From the NCBI GenBank assembly GCA_951406725.2, contig OX597825.1, positions 8,370,001-8,434,000 on the forward strand: a DNA stretch of 64,000 nucleotides, given 5' to 3'. The notes beneath the pieces are model-generated. The model was given only the letters and a program-made list of their open reading frames with translations, made no database searches and was not told the origin of the DNA. Below are positions 1 to 13,757 of the stretch, in pieces. Position 1 is the stretch's first letter. Each line of letters begins with the position of its first letter. The position numbers and the translations under genes were made by a program. This DNA is from Octopus vulgaris (lineage: Eukaryota).

Positions 1-531
1 TTCTGAGAAGGTCAAATGTTTCAGAGTTCAAAGTAGAAAGTCTAAGACGGGATATAATAATAATAAATCTTCAGATGACAATGGATAGGTTGTTGTGAAA
101 CATTCTTTTAACTAGAATTTTCTGTTTCTTTTATAAATGGATCGCTTCGGCTTATGAAGCTCGGTTTTAGTCTACGGAACAACTTATAACTCTTCTCATT
201 TCCTTTTCTGTCGGCGTTTTCTCGTATCTGTCTCACATTCGTTTTCTACTGATTTCTTTTCCCCTCTCCCTCGCTATCTGTCCGTCTATTCATTTATCTA
301 TCTATCTCTCAGTGTTAGTGTGGGGTTCTTCTGAAATAATGCTAAGGACCCTCGCATATAGATAATTGTATTAAATCGTTTAATAAGTGAATATTTCACT
401 GCCCATGTCAAGTGACTTTCCTTTTCGACTTGCTGATATATCGAAAAACAGCGTAAGAGAGAGAAAACTTAAACATTCAAGGAGACATTCACTTACAATA
501 ATCATTTTACTATTCTCTTATTCGCTTATTA

Positions 532-695
532 TTTTACTTGTTTCAGTGCCCACACTGGAACACAACATTGAAGCAATATAGTCGAACGAATCGACCCTGG
601 TACTCAATTTTATGCCTTGTACTTATTCAGCCATATCGAAATGCAAATGCTAGGCTATACGAAGATAAACAAACCAGCACCGGTTGTCAATCAGA
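532..695 (-). mobile_element. SINE family A, diverged 3' fragment
   Basis: Reverse complement resembles the family A 3' half (TTGACAACCGGTGCTGG ... CTGAAACAAGTAAAA); adjoins a CT/CA/TA microsatellite. Confidence 0.55.
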
Positions 696-813
696 GATGC
701 TGGACGAGCACAGATGTAATGACTCTCTCTCTCATTCACTCTCACTGTCTCTCTCTCTCACACACACACACATTCATACACAAACGTACACACAGACACG
801 CACATACATATAC

Positions 814-845
<32 letters not shown>

Positions 846-877
846 TTGGGTGTGTGTGACTCTGTATAGAAGAATAT

Positions 878-1091
878 ATTCTTTTCTACTCTAGGCAGAA
901 GACCCGGATTTTTGGAGGAGGGGGCAATCGATTAGCTCAACCCAAGTGCGTAACTGGTACTTATTTATTCGACCCCGAAATGATGAAAGGCAAAGTCGAC
1001 CCCGGCGGAATTTGAACTGAGAACGTAAAGATAGATGAAATACCGCTAAGCCTTTCGCCCGGCGTGCTAACGTTTCTGCCAGCTCGCCGCC
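878..1091 (-). mobile_element. tRNA-derived SINE family B, full length
   Basis: Minus strand starts GGCGGCGAGCTGGCAGAAACGTTAG (A-box-like), has B-box-like CAGTTCAAATTCC and the central GTCGACTTTGCCTTTCATC..GGGGTCGA..AAATAAGTACCAG shared by many copies here. Confidence 0.9.
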
Positions 1092-2200
1092 TTCTTATGA
1101 ATATAATATCACTAAGTGTATGTGCACAAAACTTCAAAATATTGAGTTGATACTGTTTCCTGATATTATGCCAATTCCAGCGTAGTTCTGTTTGATCTGT
1201 ATTCAATACTCCTTTAAAAACCATGACACCATATAATATTTTGACTAAATGTCGTAGAAAAGGATGTTCGTTGATTTCATCAAGTAATGTAAGAATGTGA
1301 AGTGTTTTATTTGTGTTTTATATTTCTAAACGGGTAATCTGCGCATCCAAGAATTCTGACTGGAATGCATAACCTTAATTTATTTGTATATTCAGCATAG
1401 AAATCTGCCATTAACGACGCGACATGTTTGATCAGTTTTCGATTTTATGAATCTTAATACAAATTCAACAATGCGTGTGTGTGGCGTGACCTGCGACACG
1501 AACAGATGTCATAAATCGGAAACACCTTCACCGCCACCCCCAAAACCACCACCAAACCACCACCACCACCACCAACAACAACACCAGAACCATGTCTTCC
1601 CTGTTATTCCATTCCTTGCCATACTACCATCGCTGCCATCATTGAAAAACCTCTTCCCTTCTTGTACTTATTTCGTTATCCAACCATTCTTTTCTACTTC
1701 TTTAAGTCACCACCTTCTGAGATTGTTTACTTAACAATGTTCCATAGTTTTCCATTATTGATACAGATATTATAGAACACGGTTTAGCAATTACATATAT
1801 ATGTTTTAAAGTCTTATTCCGTTATAAACTTATTCTTATTCCTTATTATCACAGGAAGGGTGTAGCCACGAATATACTAAATGGATCAAGTTAGATTAAT
1901 CTGAATAACTTCCCAAATACAAACTAATTATGAAGAGATATGAAATTCAAACTTTTTTCACTATTTACCTTAATTTTTTTTTCCCTTTTGTAAAACACGT
2001 TTAGGTAAACTTTGCAATAACTCACTTAAAAGAAAAATCAGCAACGAAACTTGTTACCAAGAATGTTTGTAAGTGAAATACATAAACATTTACAAACATT
2101 TACAAATAAGAACGACTAATGGCTTATAAAAAAGTAAAGTAATCTGTATAAGAGAAATTAGTATTCGGTTAATAATAGCGGTGAAACAAATACTGCTATG

Positions 2201-2202
<2 letters not shown>

Positions 2203-2276
<74 letters not shown>

Positions 2277-2287
2277 TATATATATAT
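2203..2287. repeat. (TA)n microsatellite
   Basis: Read directly. Confidence 0.95.
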
Positions 2288-3275
2288 GTCTGTGCGTGTG
2301 TTTGTATGTATGCGTTTAAATATATACATACATCCATCCATACGTACATGTGTATACATGGACACACACCTACGTAGGAATACCTGTGCGTGTGCCTGTA
2401 CGTGTGCGTGTGTGCGTCTATATACAAGCACGTCTATTATATACACCCTTATTCTTTACAATACAAACAGCGCTAAATCCCAATCCAATTTGAGCAAACG
2501 GTTGCAATTGCTTTTGTAAACACGCAGAGAGCATTAAAACGGCTGCCTTCCATTCATTATCTTTTATACTTAAAAATAACGCAATAGTCCCTTGAAGGGC
2601 CTTTAGAATTAAAATTGAATCACAACGGTTGATCATTGAATGCTTTTCTTTATCCTCATTACGTTCTGATTTTTTTTCTCTTCCATTGGAAATATATTTC
2701 TTTATTTCTCAATATACTGCTTACTTGAATCTCATGAACTTGAAGTGTACACGGGTCTTAGAGTCTCAGAAATCAAAAAGAACTAGAAGCTCTGATTCCT
2801 TTGATCAAAACCATTCATTGAATACCACATGAAAAGCTCGCAAATCTCCTGCGAATAATCGTCGTCGAATTATTCATCTTGTTCTGCTTCTGCAATGACA
2901 ACATTTGATTTATCAAATTCTAAAATTCAGATAATAGTGTTCGTATAAACAAAAATAATTATATAAAAATTGTATCTCGACAACAGAAAAAAAGGAAAAA
3001 AAAAATAGTGATTGAGGAGAAAAACAAGTAAATTAAACAAAAGCTTTAAAAAATTCACTCTCCTTGTTCATTAATGAATTAAATTTGCCATTAGACAAAC
3101 CAAATTGAATTTACAGGACATAAATTAATGAAAAGCAAAAAATGAGTAAAGAAAACAAAAATTAATTGTTTAATCTTTACTTTATTATAAATTGCATCAA
3201 CGATGGGATTTTTTTAAAACTCCAATAACATTTTAGACCCAACCGTTTACTGTTCATAATGAAGTCTGAATGGTG

Positions 3276-3300
3276 CACACATACACCACACACACACACA

Positions 3301-3355
<55 letters not shown>

Positions 3356-3360
3356 GCACA
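3276..3360. repeat. (CA)n microsatellite
   Basis: Read directly. Confidence 0.95.
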
Positions 3361-3986
3361 CTCGCTCACGCATACGCAACTGTTCTGAAACTAAGACATT
3401 TACACACATTCTCTGTCTATATAAATATGCAAACGCACACACACACATACACACATACGCAAACACACATCCACGTACATATATATATATATATATATAC
3501 GTACGTGTACGTGTATGTGCGTGTGTGTATATAAATAATTGAATTACGTGTCTTTCATCATGTAACGATCAGCACAGCTAAGTCGGGGCAGTGAAAGATT
3601 TAATTTATTATTCTACTTTCATGAAATATCGCATATTTATTACTTTCGAGAGATTAAATTGTTAGTTAATGTTAGTAAATGACGATAATAAAGCGGCATA
3701 TATTTAACATTTTAAACCCGGCAGACATGTGATATGGGACTTACAATATCGATTTACTTCAATTATTCTGGCTTTTCATTATTTAAATACTATCCGAAAG
3801 ATGTGGAGGGAAAGCGATGAGACTCGTTTAGGAGATAAAAAAATTACAATAAATACTTATGTCTCTTTAGCCTCTGAACCAAGTTCCGGAGAAGTTTGCT
3901 TAGTTAGTAATTAGGATTTCATTGTTGTGCCCTCAATAAATTAAGTATCTGTAAATTATTCCAGGTGATTCAATCAACTTTAATTA

Positions 3987-4175
3987 TTTCTGCTATAGGC
4001 GCAAGGCCTGGAATTTTGGGCGACGGGGTCAGTCGATTAGGTAAAACTCCAGTACGTAACCGGTACTTAATTTATCGACTCCGAAATTATAAAACGCAAA
4101 GTCGTCCTCGCGGAATTTGAACTCAGAGCGTCGCGAAGGGCGAAATACTGTTAATTATTCCGTCCCGCGTGTTAA
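3987..4175 (-). mobile_element. SINE family B, head truncated by the adjacent palindromic insertion
   Basis: Homologous to 878-1091; similarity stops at CCCGCGTGTTAA, where the palindrome arm begins. Confidence 0.8.
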
Positions 4176-4435
4176 TAATATCCCTTCATCGGAGACGGTG
4201 TGAGAGGAAAAATTAAGTCATTGTTACTTTCGATGTAATACAAAACAGAGAGTGAGGTGAAATAAAGAAAATAGATGTAAGATATGTATGGGTATTGAAT
4301 TTGTAAATCCGTTTACAAATTCAAAACCAATACATATCTTACATCTATTTTCTTTTCTCCACCTCACTCTGTTTTGCATCACATCGAAACTAACTATGAC
4401 TTAATTTTTCGTCTCTGATGAAGGGATATTATTAA
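4172..4435. repeat. Long imperfect palindrome, arms ~125-135 bp, loop TCCG at 4308-4311; probable inverted PLE pLTR
   Basis: TTAATAATATCCCTTCATCGGAGACG pairs with CGTCTCTGATGAAGGGATATTATTAA; the AGAAAATAGATGTAAGATATGTAT..TTGAATTTGTAAA segment pairs with its reverse complement on the right arm. Confidence 0.9.
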
Positions 4436-4462
4436 TTAATATCCTAGAAACAGCTGTAAGAC
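4411..4462 (+). ncRNA. Type I hammerhead ribozyme motif (minimal, PLE-type)
   Basis: GTCT-CTGATGA-A-GGGATATTA(TTAAT)TAATATCCT-A-GAAA-C(AGCT)G-TA^AGAC: stem I GTCT/AGAC, intact core, 9-bp stem II, short stem III with palindromic loop, GUA triplet with cleavage predicted after 4458. Confidence 0.8.
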
Positions 4463-4667
4463 CTTCTATCTATAAATGCTCTAATATCCATACAGCCTTG
4501 GTTTTTTATCTTATTACGCAAAAAATTGTTATATACACACGCTGACATAGAACCAACGTTGAACCATTTATTCGTAATAGTAACGAATCTGGAACTTAAC
4601 TATCCTCTGTCTATAGAACTTATCCTGCATTACCTGACAACTTTGGGTCTCAACGACACCATTATCA

Positions 4668-4715
<48 letters not shown>

Positions 4716-7700
4716 ATGAGAGAAGAGATATATACATAATATTTTACAATTTGAATGAAATATATGAAATATATATTGTGAATATTCTATAAAGAAAATG
4801 AACTACAGGAGATACACATAGCTTTCAAGCATTTTATCGTGTGTTAGGAGATATATCCAATTCTGAATAATGGAAAACCTTTCCAAAAAAGATATCTTCC
4901 TTGTAAGGATCGATTCTATTGAGAGATGCGCCGTAGATTATATTAAGATTTGCCACCATGAAAATGTTATTTCAGATTCTCGCAGTTCCCAGGAGTTTCC
5001 GTTAGATGCGATGGGTGTCTCTTCTATTTGTTTTCTACAGTCAGTTAGGTCCCTGGTAGATGTTCTGCATGAAATAACACACAAAGCAATCGGGTATTGT
5101 TAATCAGCTGCATTTAATAAACACCTCATGAATCACATCTTGGTTTGTTTCTGTCGGCACCGGGAAAAAATATTCCAAGCGTTACAAAGGTCACAGTGAA
5201 TCCGGTTTGAATATGTATTTTTTTAATTATAAAGTGATATTTTGCCACTCTTATATCTATCTTTGTACGACTCTTGTCGCGCTGATTTTTTTTATATTCC
5301 GAAATCGTAGATAGGATTTGCCTGGCTTTTATCTTCAAAGAGTCGGATCCTGATAACGTCCACTTCGTATCAGAGTATAATTACTATATCAGCACAGACA
5401 CGACTGTCGACACAGTCTAACACGTACTCTCTGGATACTGGCCGACGTTACCTTACTTATAGTGACTGTTTCATTCCACTCGTCACGTGAGAGGTTGTAC
5501 CATTCATTACTAATCCCCTACAACATTTTTTTTGTGTGTACTTCTTTAAAAGAACAAGGTGTACAATGAGACATTACCGCAAACTACTTCGGTGAGTGAA
5601 CTTCTTTCTTCTTACTTACTCCAATCCCGTAATGAGAAGCTTGATACAACATAGAAAATAACTCTTCACAGTTATTTAGAACATATGATGCTTCTCATAT
5701 TGTTCTACGGACTTCATATCTTTGAGTGGCTACCCGAGGCATATTGGATTTATCTCTTCTCCACGTCCCCTAATCTCCAGTTCAGCAAACAATATTTTGC
5801 TTAATTATGCATCATTTCTAGAGAATAATAGATTCATAAGTTTCTTTGAATCCGGTAAGTATTGCCACCAAGCGGTCCTTCTCCAATCGCTGGATTCGCT
5901 TTAGATATATCAAGATCTTTTAATTCTTTACTATTTAATATATATTTTTCATCATTCACTTCCAAATATACGCCATCCATCGCTGTGATTTATTTCTCTT
6001 AGGTACTTTTCGTTTGTCCAATGGAAGTTTTCTAGGATATAAATATATTCTACTGTCAATATGAATCCTTTTTTGGGTATTGGTGAGATGATGGCGTTTT
6101 ACTCAGGCACAAACAGCGTGCATACATGCAGACACTCTTCTGTCCAGTCAATATTTTGATTAACGGTGTGCTAATTTTTGAATCTTGCTGTTTATCCCCA
6201 TTTCTCATTTGGAGTTGGTGCCTATTGTACCACGCAATTAGTAAAGGCTTTCTCTCATTGCTGAACTCAGTGTATTAAGAATGGGCTTTATAAGTATACA
6301 CACAAAAACACAAAAACGCATATAGACGCACACACGCTTATTTGATGGGTGGATTAATTTCTGTATGTGTGTGTGTTTCTCTGTGTATACGCGTGTTTCT
6401 GTTTTAGATTGAAACATCTTCAGAAGTATTTTGTATGACAACCTGCGAAAATTTCTGCAAAGAATCTGAAGTTTCCCAATTTTGCCTCCTCACTTTTCTA
6501 ACCTTATTATAAACTTAAGTTTGCTCTTTCTACCCAGAAGGTAATCATTTCATATTTCCTTCGAATCTCTATAAGACATTATAAGTTGGTTCGTCCTGCT
6601 TGGTACAGCAAATTTCTTTCCCGTCAGAAGCAATATTTTATTAAGAAATGAGGTATATATCAATGATCTTTGATGAAAAAGATCAAATGTTTACGGTCTT
6701 CTAAAGTTGACATTTAGGTAAGCGACAGAAGTAGTAGAAACTCATTTTTCATAATATGGGTTACATTTTTCTTCGGTTTTCTGTTACCATGCATTACTAG
6801 TAGGAAACAAAATGAAAGTTTTCAACATTTTAGTACAGAATATTTAGAAATATGCTCCCTTTTCCAGTCTGGCTTGTTCTAGTCACACTACACAAAACTG
6901 AGAAAACTTTATAATGATCCCTGCCATAGAGAATGGACTCTGGGATCATCATCTTGTCCACCGATTTCTAAAAGAACATATTTCTCTAAACAATATTTTG
7001 CTTCTACTGGAAATAGACAATTAGCTCCTTGATTCATCGGTTTAATTTATAGAAAGCATTATTAAATCAATGTAATATGATATTTTGTAATATACAACAC
7101 AAAAGGGACTATGCGCCAGAGAGTCCAGTGTGTGACGGAGTTTCCTTTAAACTTTGCTTATGCTTAAATACAAAGAAAAAGCAGAAAAGAAAACATACAT
7201 TATCACATTTAGTAATATACCAAATCACAAATTCCATTTCGTCCTCTGTACATATTGACTATTTTTCCTATATTTCTCTAGGCTAAAGAAAAAACATTCA
7301 TGAATAACCTTCTGGCGCCTTGCGGTTATTAGAGCGTTTCGAATTATGGAAGAAGTGATTTTACTTTACATATAAAATGGATTTAAACTTGTTCCTCATA
7401 TGATGCCAATGCTATAATTTCTGTTATGGCAGCAAAAAGAAATAAAAGTTACATATTTACATAACATACTTCTTTGCATATAAAAAATATGTGCAGAACA
7501 CGATTTACTCAAATGACAGGAATATTTGAGCTCCATTTCTACATGTTATAACATTTCAGCAGGTCTACATTACGATGTAGCAGAGACACAAGTTTATACA
7601 ATACTTTATTATGTAGCAGTTGGAAAGCTTGCTAAAGATACGATATTTTATTAGTTTTAAGTCCTGTAAACGCACCTTCCTGAGTAATAAGAGTATTTAA

Positions 7701-7716
7701 CTACTTTATGCATTAA

Positions 7717-8112
7717 CTAGCAGTGTCGCCCAGCGTTGCTCGAGTTTATTTCGACCCTTTAGAATTGAAGTTTTTGAAAAGTAAAACATTTGCATTATGT
7801 AGCTTTTTATTCTCTTTAAGTGACCATTTTTCTGGTTGAAATACACCGAAAAATGGCGACACAGCGGTCAAAAAGTCGTAAAAAATAGGGATTTTCATAG
7901 AAAAGAAGCACCTTTTTGATGTAAGTAATTTTTGGTGTTAACATTGTTCGATTTGAAATTTTTCGTCAACGGAAGGAAGAGCAAGCCTTCTTCTATCATA
8001 CTCTCAATTTTGGTCAACTTGCGCCGCAGGGTCACGGATGAGATAGTGTTAGTTGAAGGCTACCAAACCTGCCATACACAGACACGTTCAGCTTTGTATA
8101 TATAGAGAGAGA
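7717..8112 (-). mobile_element. Non-autonomous Helitron
   Basis: Minus strand starts TC(TCTCTCTATATATACAAAG) at 8112 after an A, and ends CTCGAGCAACGCTGGGCGACACTG-CTAG followed by T: A|TC...CTAG|T junctions with an imperfect GC-rich subterminal hairpin and no TSD. Confidence 0.85.
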
Positions 8113-8772
8113 TTGATTACAGAAGAAATATAGCTCTCCCGTCACCTGATAAATATATGGCTAATTTCAATCCTGGGGTTCTATCTCTTCGATGTTCCAA
8201 CGGCTTTGATGATATACTTCATATTCCTGCCAGCTTTCGACCGATTATCGCAACCCTATGCGTACTAAGAATTCTACATTTACATGTTGCATTTTAAAGC
8301 ATTGTTTACAGTACTAATTGGAACCCATTTCTAGAGGGATATATGAGCCGTGAGTTATGATTACATTGTATCCTATTGTAGACAATGTTATATTAATTCT
8401 GACTACACTGGCGAAAGATGAAAATATTCTCAGGAATGCAACACTGCTCCAATAGTTATTCTTTAAAATGAGCGTCTCCAACAGGCTTTGATTACCCAAG
8501 GAATACATTTTACACTTTTAGAATCGTGGCAAGGGAAGACAAACATGTTCAAAATAAGTTCATAGCCGGACAGCGTGCGAGATAATGTTTATTTTAATTT
8601 TAAGCATGGCAATGAATTAAAGAATCTGCCAAAATAAAACATTGTGATATTAGGTAGCATCATTGTTGTCCACGGTATTTCTCCAGAAACATGAGAGTCG
8701 ATAAAATCAAATCTAACACTGAAGACTGTGTAGTTTCCTTTTTATCGAATTAGGAGAGTATAGTCGAGTGTA

Positions 8773-9031
8773 CTGCGATTGGTCGAGGAAGGTCACGCGG
8801 TGTCATGGTTTGATTTTGGTATATGTGTAACGTTTAGTTTGAAAATATCGCGTGGCGAACAGGAAATTGACCACGTGGAGATTAGGCAATAGGGCACGTG
8901 GCGTTTAGAAAACGGCCAGGTTGTTGGCGGAGACCAATTCCTTGTTCGCCAAGCGGCATTTTCAAACTAAGTGTTACCCATATACATATATCAAACCACG
9001 ACACCACGTGATCTTCCTCAACCAATCGTAG
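8773..9031. mobile_element. Fold-back/MITE-like element with ~98-bp inverted arms
   Basis: 8773-8870 (CTGCGATTGGTCGAGGAAGGTCACG...GGCGAACAGGAAATTG) is the diverged reverse complement of 8934-9031; spacer ~63 bp. Confidence 0.75.
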
Positions 9032-9169
9032 ACCACCTTATGGTAATATCAATCATGTTCTGTATTTCGAATTCAAAATGGCTGTCGACTAGCATCACGT
9101 TTGAAACTCAAGAGTACCAACGAATTAGAATCAAACTGATTTGATCCATACATGTAAATCCCAATCAAT

Positions 9170-9567
<398 letters not shown>

Positions 9568-9689
9568 GTGTATGTATGTATGAATGTGAGTGTTTATTTA
9601 TGTATGTATGTATGAATGTAATGATTGATCGATGGCCATATGCATGCATGGATGTGTGCGTATATGACTTATATCTTTGTTACATTTCT

Positions 9690-10018
9690 TAGGCTGTGGT
9701 CATGCTGGGGACCTGCATTGAAGAAATCTAATTTAGCGAATCGACATTATTATTTATTATTTAAACCATATACTAATTCTAATGGTCTCTTATGCTGACC
9801 CACCAAGTTTCAGGGACATAAACAATCCAACAGCGCTGATCAAGCTCTGGAGGGGAGCGAAAACATACAAAATCGTACGGCGCACGCTCGCAAACTCACA
9901 TTCCTGTATATTATATAAATTCGCAAAGATTTGGCCGGCCCGGGGCATTAGTAGAACTGTGAACACAGAATCATGTGGCTGTGAATCAAACCATATTCCA
10001 CACAGCACACCTCTGCCT
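9690..10018 (-). mobile_element. SINE family A, old diverged copy
   Basis: Patchy similarity on the minus strand to the family A head (AGGCAGAGGTGTGCTGTGTGG) and tail (CCCAGCATGACCACAGCC). Confidence 0.55.
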
Positions 10019-10044
10019 ACTTATCTACTTATAAACATAGAAAA

Positions 10045-10228
<184 letters not shown>

Positions 10229-11672
10229 TCAGTAACAATAACAATAATATCAGTTTGGAATTTATAAATATTTTTACCACATCGCCACGGTAGCCGGCAT
10301 AAAAGATATATATTTATACACACAGACACACACACGCTCATACACACATACATATTTTCATACACACACCCAAACACACACACATATATATAAACGTACA
10401 CATATTGGTATACGTACACAAACACTCACGTACATAAGCATATATCCTCGAATACATATATATATGCATATATATATATATTTATAAATATAGATAAAGA
10501 CGTACTCACACAGAAAAATATGTACACACATACACACTTGATGAAAGTAGTGGCTAATAAGATGTGAGAAATCAGAGACTGGATGTATGATATCTTCTTC
10601 AACATTAAAACCACATTTATCAACCTTCTTAAAAAAAACTGATTATTTTAAATCATTGAAGAAAATGTTCATTGAAAATGATGGTGACATTTATCTCAAA
10701 CGTGAATTCAATATTCATACTTCAAACAAACCGCATCCTCCATAAACTTCGAATCAACCAGAAAATATTGGAAACAGACCAGCGACAAGATAAAATATTT
10801 TTAGTTCTAGCTAAGAAAAGATTGGTAACCTCTAAACTTCGTGGAATTACGAATTCATTTCTAACTTATTTACATGATGTCTAATTGATATGAGATACTT
10901 GTAAAGTATTCTATAGCTGACTAGCAGATATATAAATACTTTGGAGGTCAGCTTCGCAGTTCCAACGCAGCACGCCATTAGAAATGAAGTACGGTTCCTG
11001 CAAATATATTTCTTGTGTATTTCCAGAACTCTCCAATGGTTCAATATTAGTGATAACCAATCTTAAAAGCTAGTACCCCGAGTTTTAATCCTAGAATAAC
11101 TATTCTGATTATCCAAGGTGCTTTCTTATTAGTCCTGAAAAAATATACAACAAATTGATTTGAAAACTGCTGCTTTTTGTACGGGTTAGATGTCCACCAA
11201 GAACACAATTCATCAGGGATTTTCTTCTCAGGCCGCTTTTGCATTTTCTTAATATACTGAATTCAAAAATGGAATCCGTTTTTACCATCATGTCTTGATT
11301 CCAAGACATGTTTTCCGTATTTTTCAAAAAGCTGATCAATTTTCCCCTGGGGTACCAAATATCCATATTTTCATGTATGTTTGCCAGTAGAGCCAAGGAA
11401 AACCATTGAATGACCAAAGAATGGCCGCGGCTAACATTAGGTCCAGGGTATTTTAATGTGACTGAAGAGGCTTTAGTTCACCTGCGGACAATCATTCTAC
11501 CTCAGTTTCATATTAATTAAGAAGTTGGATTCAAGATTAGGTAGTTGACCATCCTTAATGTAGACAGAAAAACGATAGGAGAGGAAGAAAAGTAGTTTAA
11601 GTGAATAAAATGTTTTATGGATGTGTTCAGAAATAAATCAATAAAACAAAATATAATATACTTGGGTTGAAA

Positions 11673-11836
11673 GGCGGCGAGCTGGCACAAACAGTAGCAC
11701 GCCGGCTGAAATGCTTAGCGGTATTTCGTCTGTCTTTACGTTCTGAGTTCCAATTCGGCCTAGGTCGACTTTGTATTTCATTCTTTTGGGGTCGAGAAAT
11801 TAAGTACCAGTTGCGTACTGGGATCTATCTAATAGA
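11673..11836 (+). mobile_element. SINE family B, 3' truncated
   Basis: GGCGGCGAGCTGGCACAAACAGTAGCACGCCGGCTGAAATGCTTAGCGGTATTTCGTCTG...AAGTACCAGTTGCGTACTGGG. Confidence 0.85.
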
Positions 11837-11919
11837 GTTTCAGGTTGGTAATTCACATGATAGTGCAAATAAATTCGCACCACTTATACATATATACATG
11901 CATACGTTATGTATGTATA

Positions 11920-11943
11920 TATATTTATATAAATATATATCTA

Positions 11944-11992
<49 letters not shown>

Positions 11993-12009
11993 CTCTATCT
12001 ATCTAACTA

Positions 12010-12060
<51 letters not shown>

Positions 12061-12114
12061 TGCTACTAAATCCACAGCCTCTATACATATATGGAGATAC
12101 ATAGACACACACAC

Positions 12115-12170
<56 letters not shown>
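11920..12170. repeat. Compound (TATC)n/(TC)n/(TA)n/(GA)n microsatellites
   Basis: Read directly. Confidence 0.9.
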
Positions 12171-12171
<1 letters not shown>

Positions 12172-12814
12172 TGCATGCGTAAAATACATGTCTATACTTA
12201 TATACATACACGCACACATATTTCTATTCATATATGTATATGTGAGTATACCTATATAGATAACTAGAAAATTTGAGAGAAAGAAGGACGGGGAAATAGT
12301 GGTAGAAAAAGAGAGAGAGGAAGTCACGGATAAAGAGGCATTACTGTTACCTATCGAAAATGTTCGACTTTGCTATGTTACATAAACTCCAATCCTCTTA
12401 TTCTGCTCCCCTCTGGGCTCTTGCATGTAAGTCTAATTATATTTTCTACTATCAAAATGTTTTATAGATATTTACTGCTTTATCTCTGAAGCGCGATATG
12501 TATGAACATATAAAATCTCCAAAGCGGCATCTTTACAGGTTATAGAATTTTCATTTGTCGTGTGTAATACAATAATAGTGAAGAAACTTAAAGCGTTTAA
12601 GGTAATACGTCATATATTTGAAATACATTTGATATGGGAGTTTAAAAAGACAGAAAAGAAAAACTTACTCGCTTCAAAGCATATCATTTCATTATACTAA
12701 CAGATATCTGTATAACTGCAGGTCTCTGCATGTGTACGTATTAGTAGGTGCGCGCATCCGTTTACACATGTACATGTGTGCATGTGTCTATCGATTTCAT
12801 ATACGCACATGTGG

Positions 12815-13095
<281 letters not shown>

Positions 13096-13706
13096 GCATA
13101 CTAAGATACAGACATCTATCGTAAAACTTCTTAGAGTTATCTAGGAAGGGAAATGAGATTGTGCGAAAATCATGACTTTTAGGGGGGCATTGAGATGATA
13201 TAAGAAGGAAAATAATAAGAGCAGTAAATCGAAGCTGGGTTAGAACAGCAATTCAAAGAAATTGTAAAATAACCGGATATATAATACTGCAGGTGTAGAA
13301 ACGTGCACATATACAGAAGAACACACACACACACTTACGCACACGCACACACGAATATGCACTACGTAAAAATACATACTATCACATACACGCATACACA
13401 AAGAAATCAATATGGGTGTATAAGCATATAAGCAGCCGGTTAATATCAAAGTACTTGAACATTTTACTCTGGGTATCTTATATACTTGTCAGGTTAACCT
13501 TATTAGAATTACAAGAAAAAACACACTGTTAATAAGAAGCCAACACACACACAGACACACACACATATATATATATATATATACATATAAATTCGTATAT
13601 ACGTATATGCACATATACATATATTTATAAATATATAATATACGTATGCATTTATGCATAGGATGTATTTATATAAATATGCATATACATATATTCACAC
13701 ACACAC

Positions 13707-13757
<51 letters not shown>

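Noticed and set aside
10-80. Minus-strand GTCAT-CTGAAGA...GAAA-CATTTGAC
   Set aside because: No convincing stem II, and it lies at the window edge.
6380-6430. Minus-strand CTGAAGA-TGTTT(CAATCTA)AAACA-GAAA-CACGCG-TA hammerhead-like core
   Set aside because: Stem II and the core are present, but the flanks (ATACTT / TACACA) cannot form stem I; treated as chance or too decayed.
4800-7000. Non-repetitive stretch with hints of decayed retroelement coding on the minus strand (QRWMAY, HSLWQG)
   Set aside because: Isolated short words with no ordered domain series; needs a translated search.
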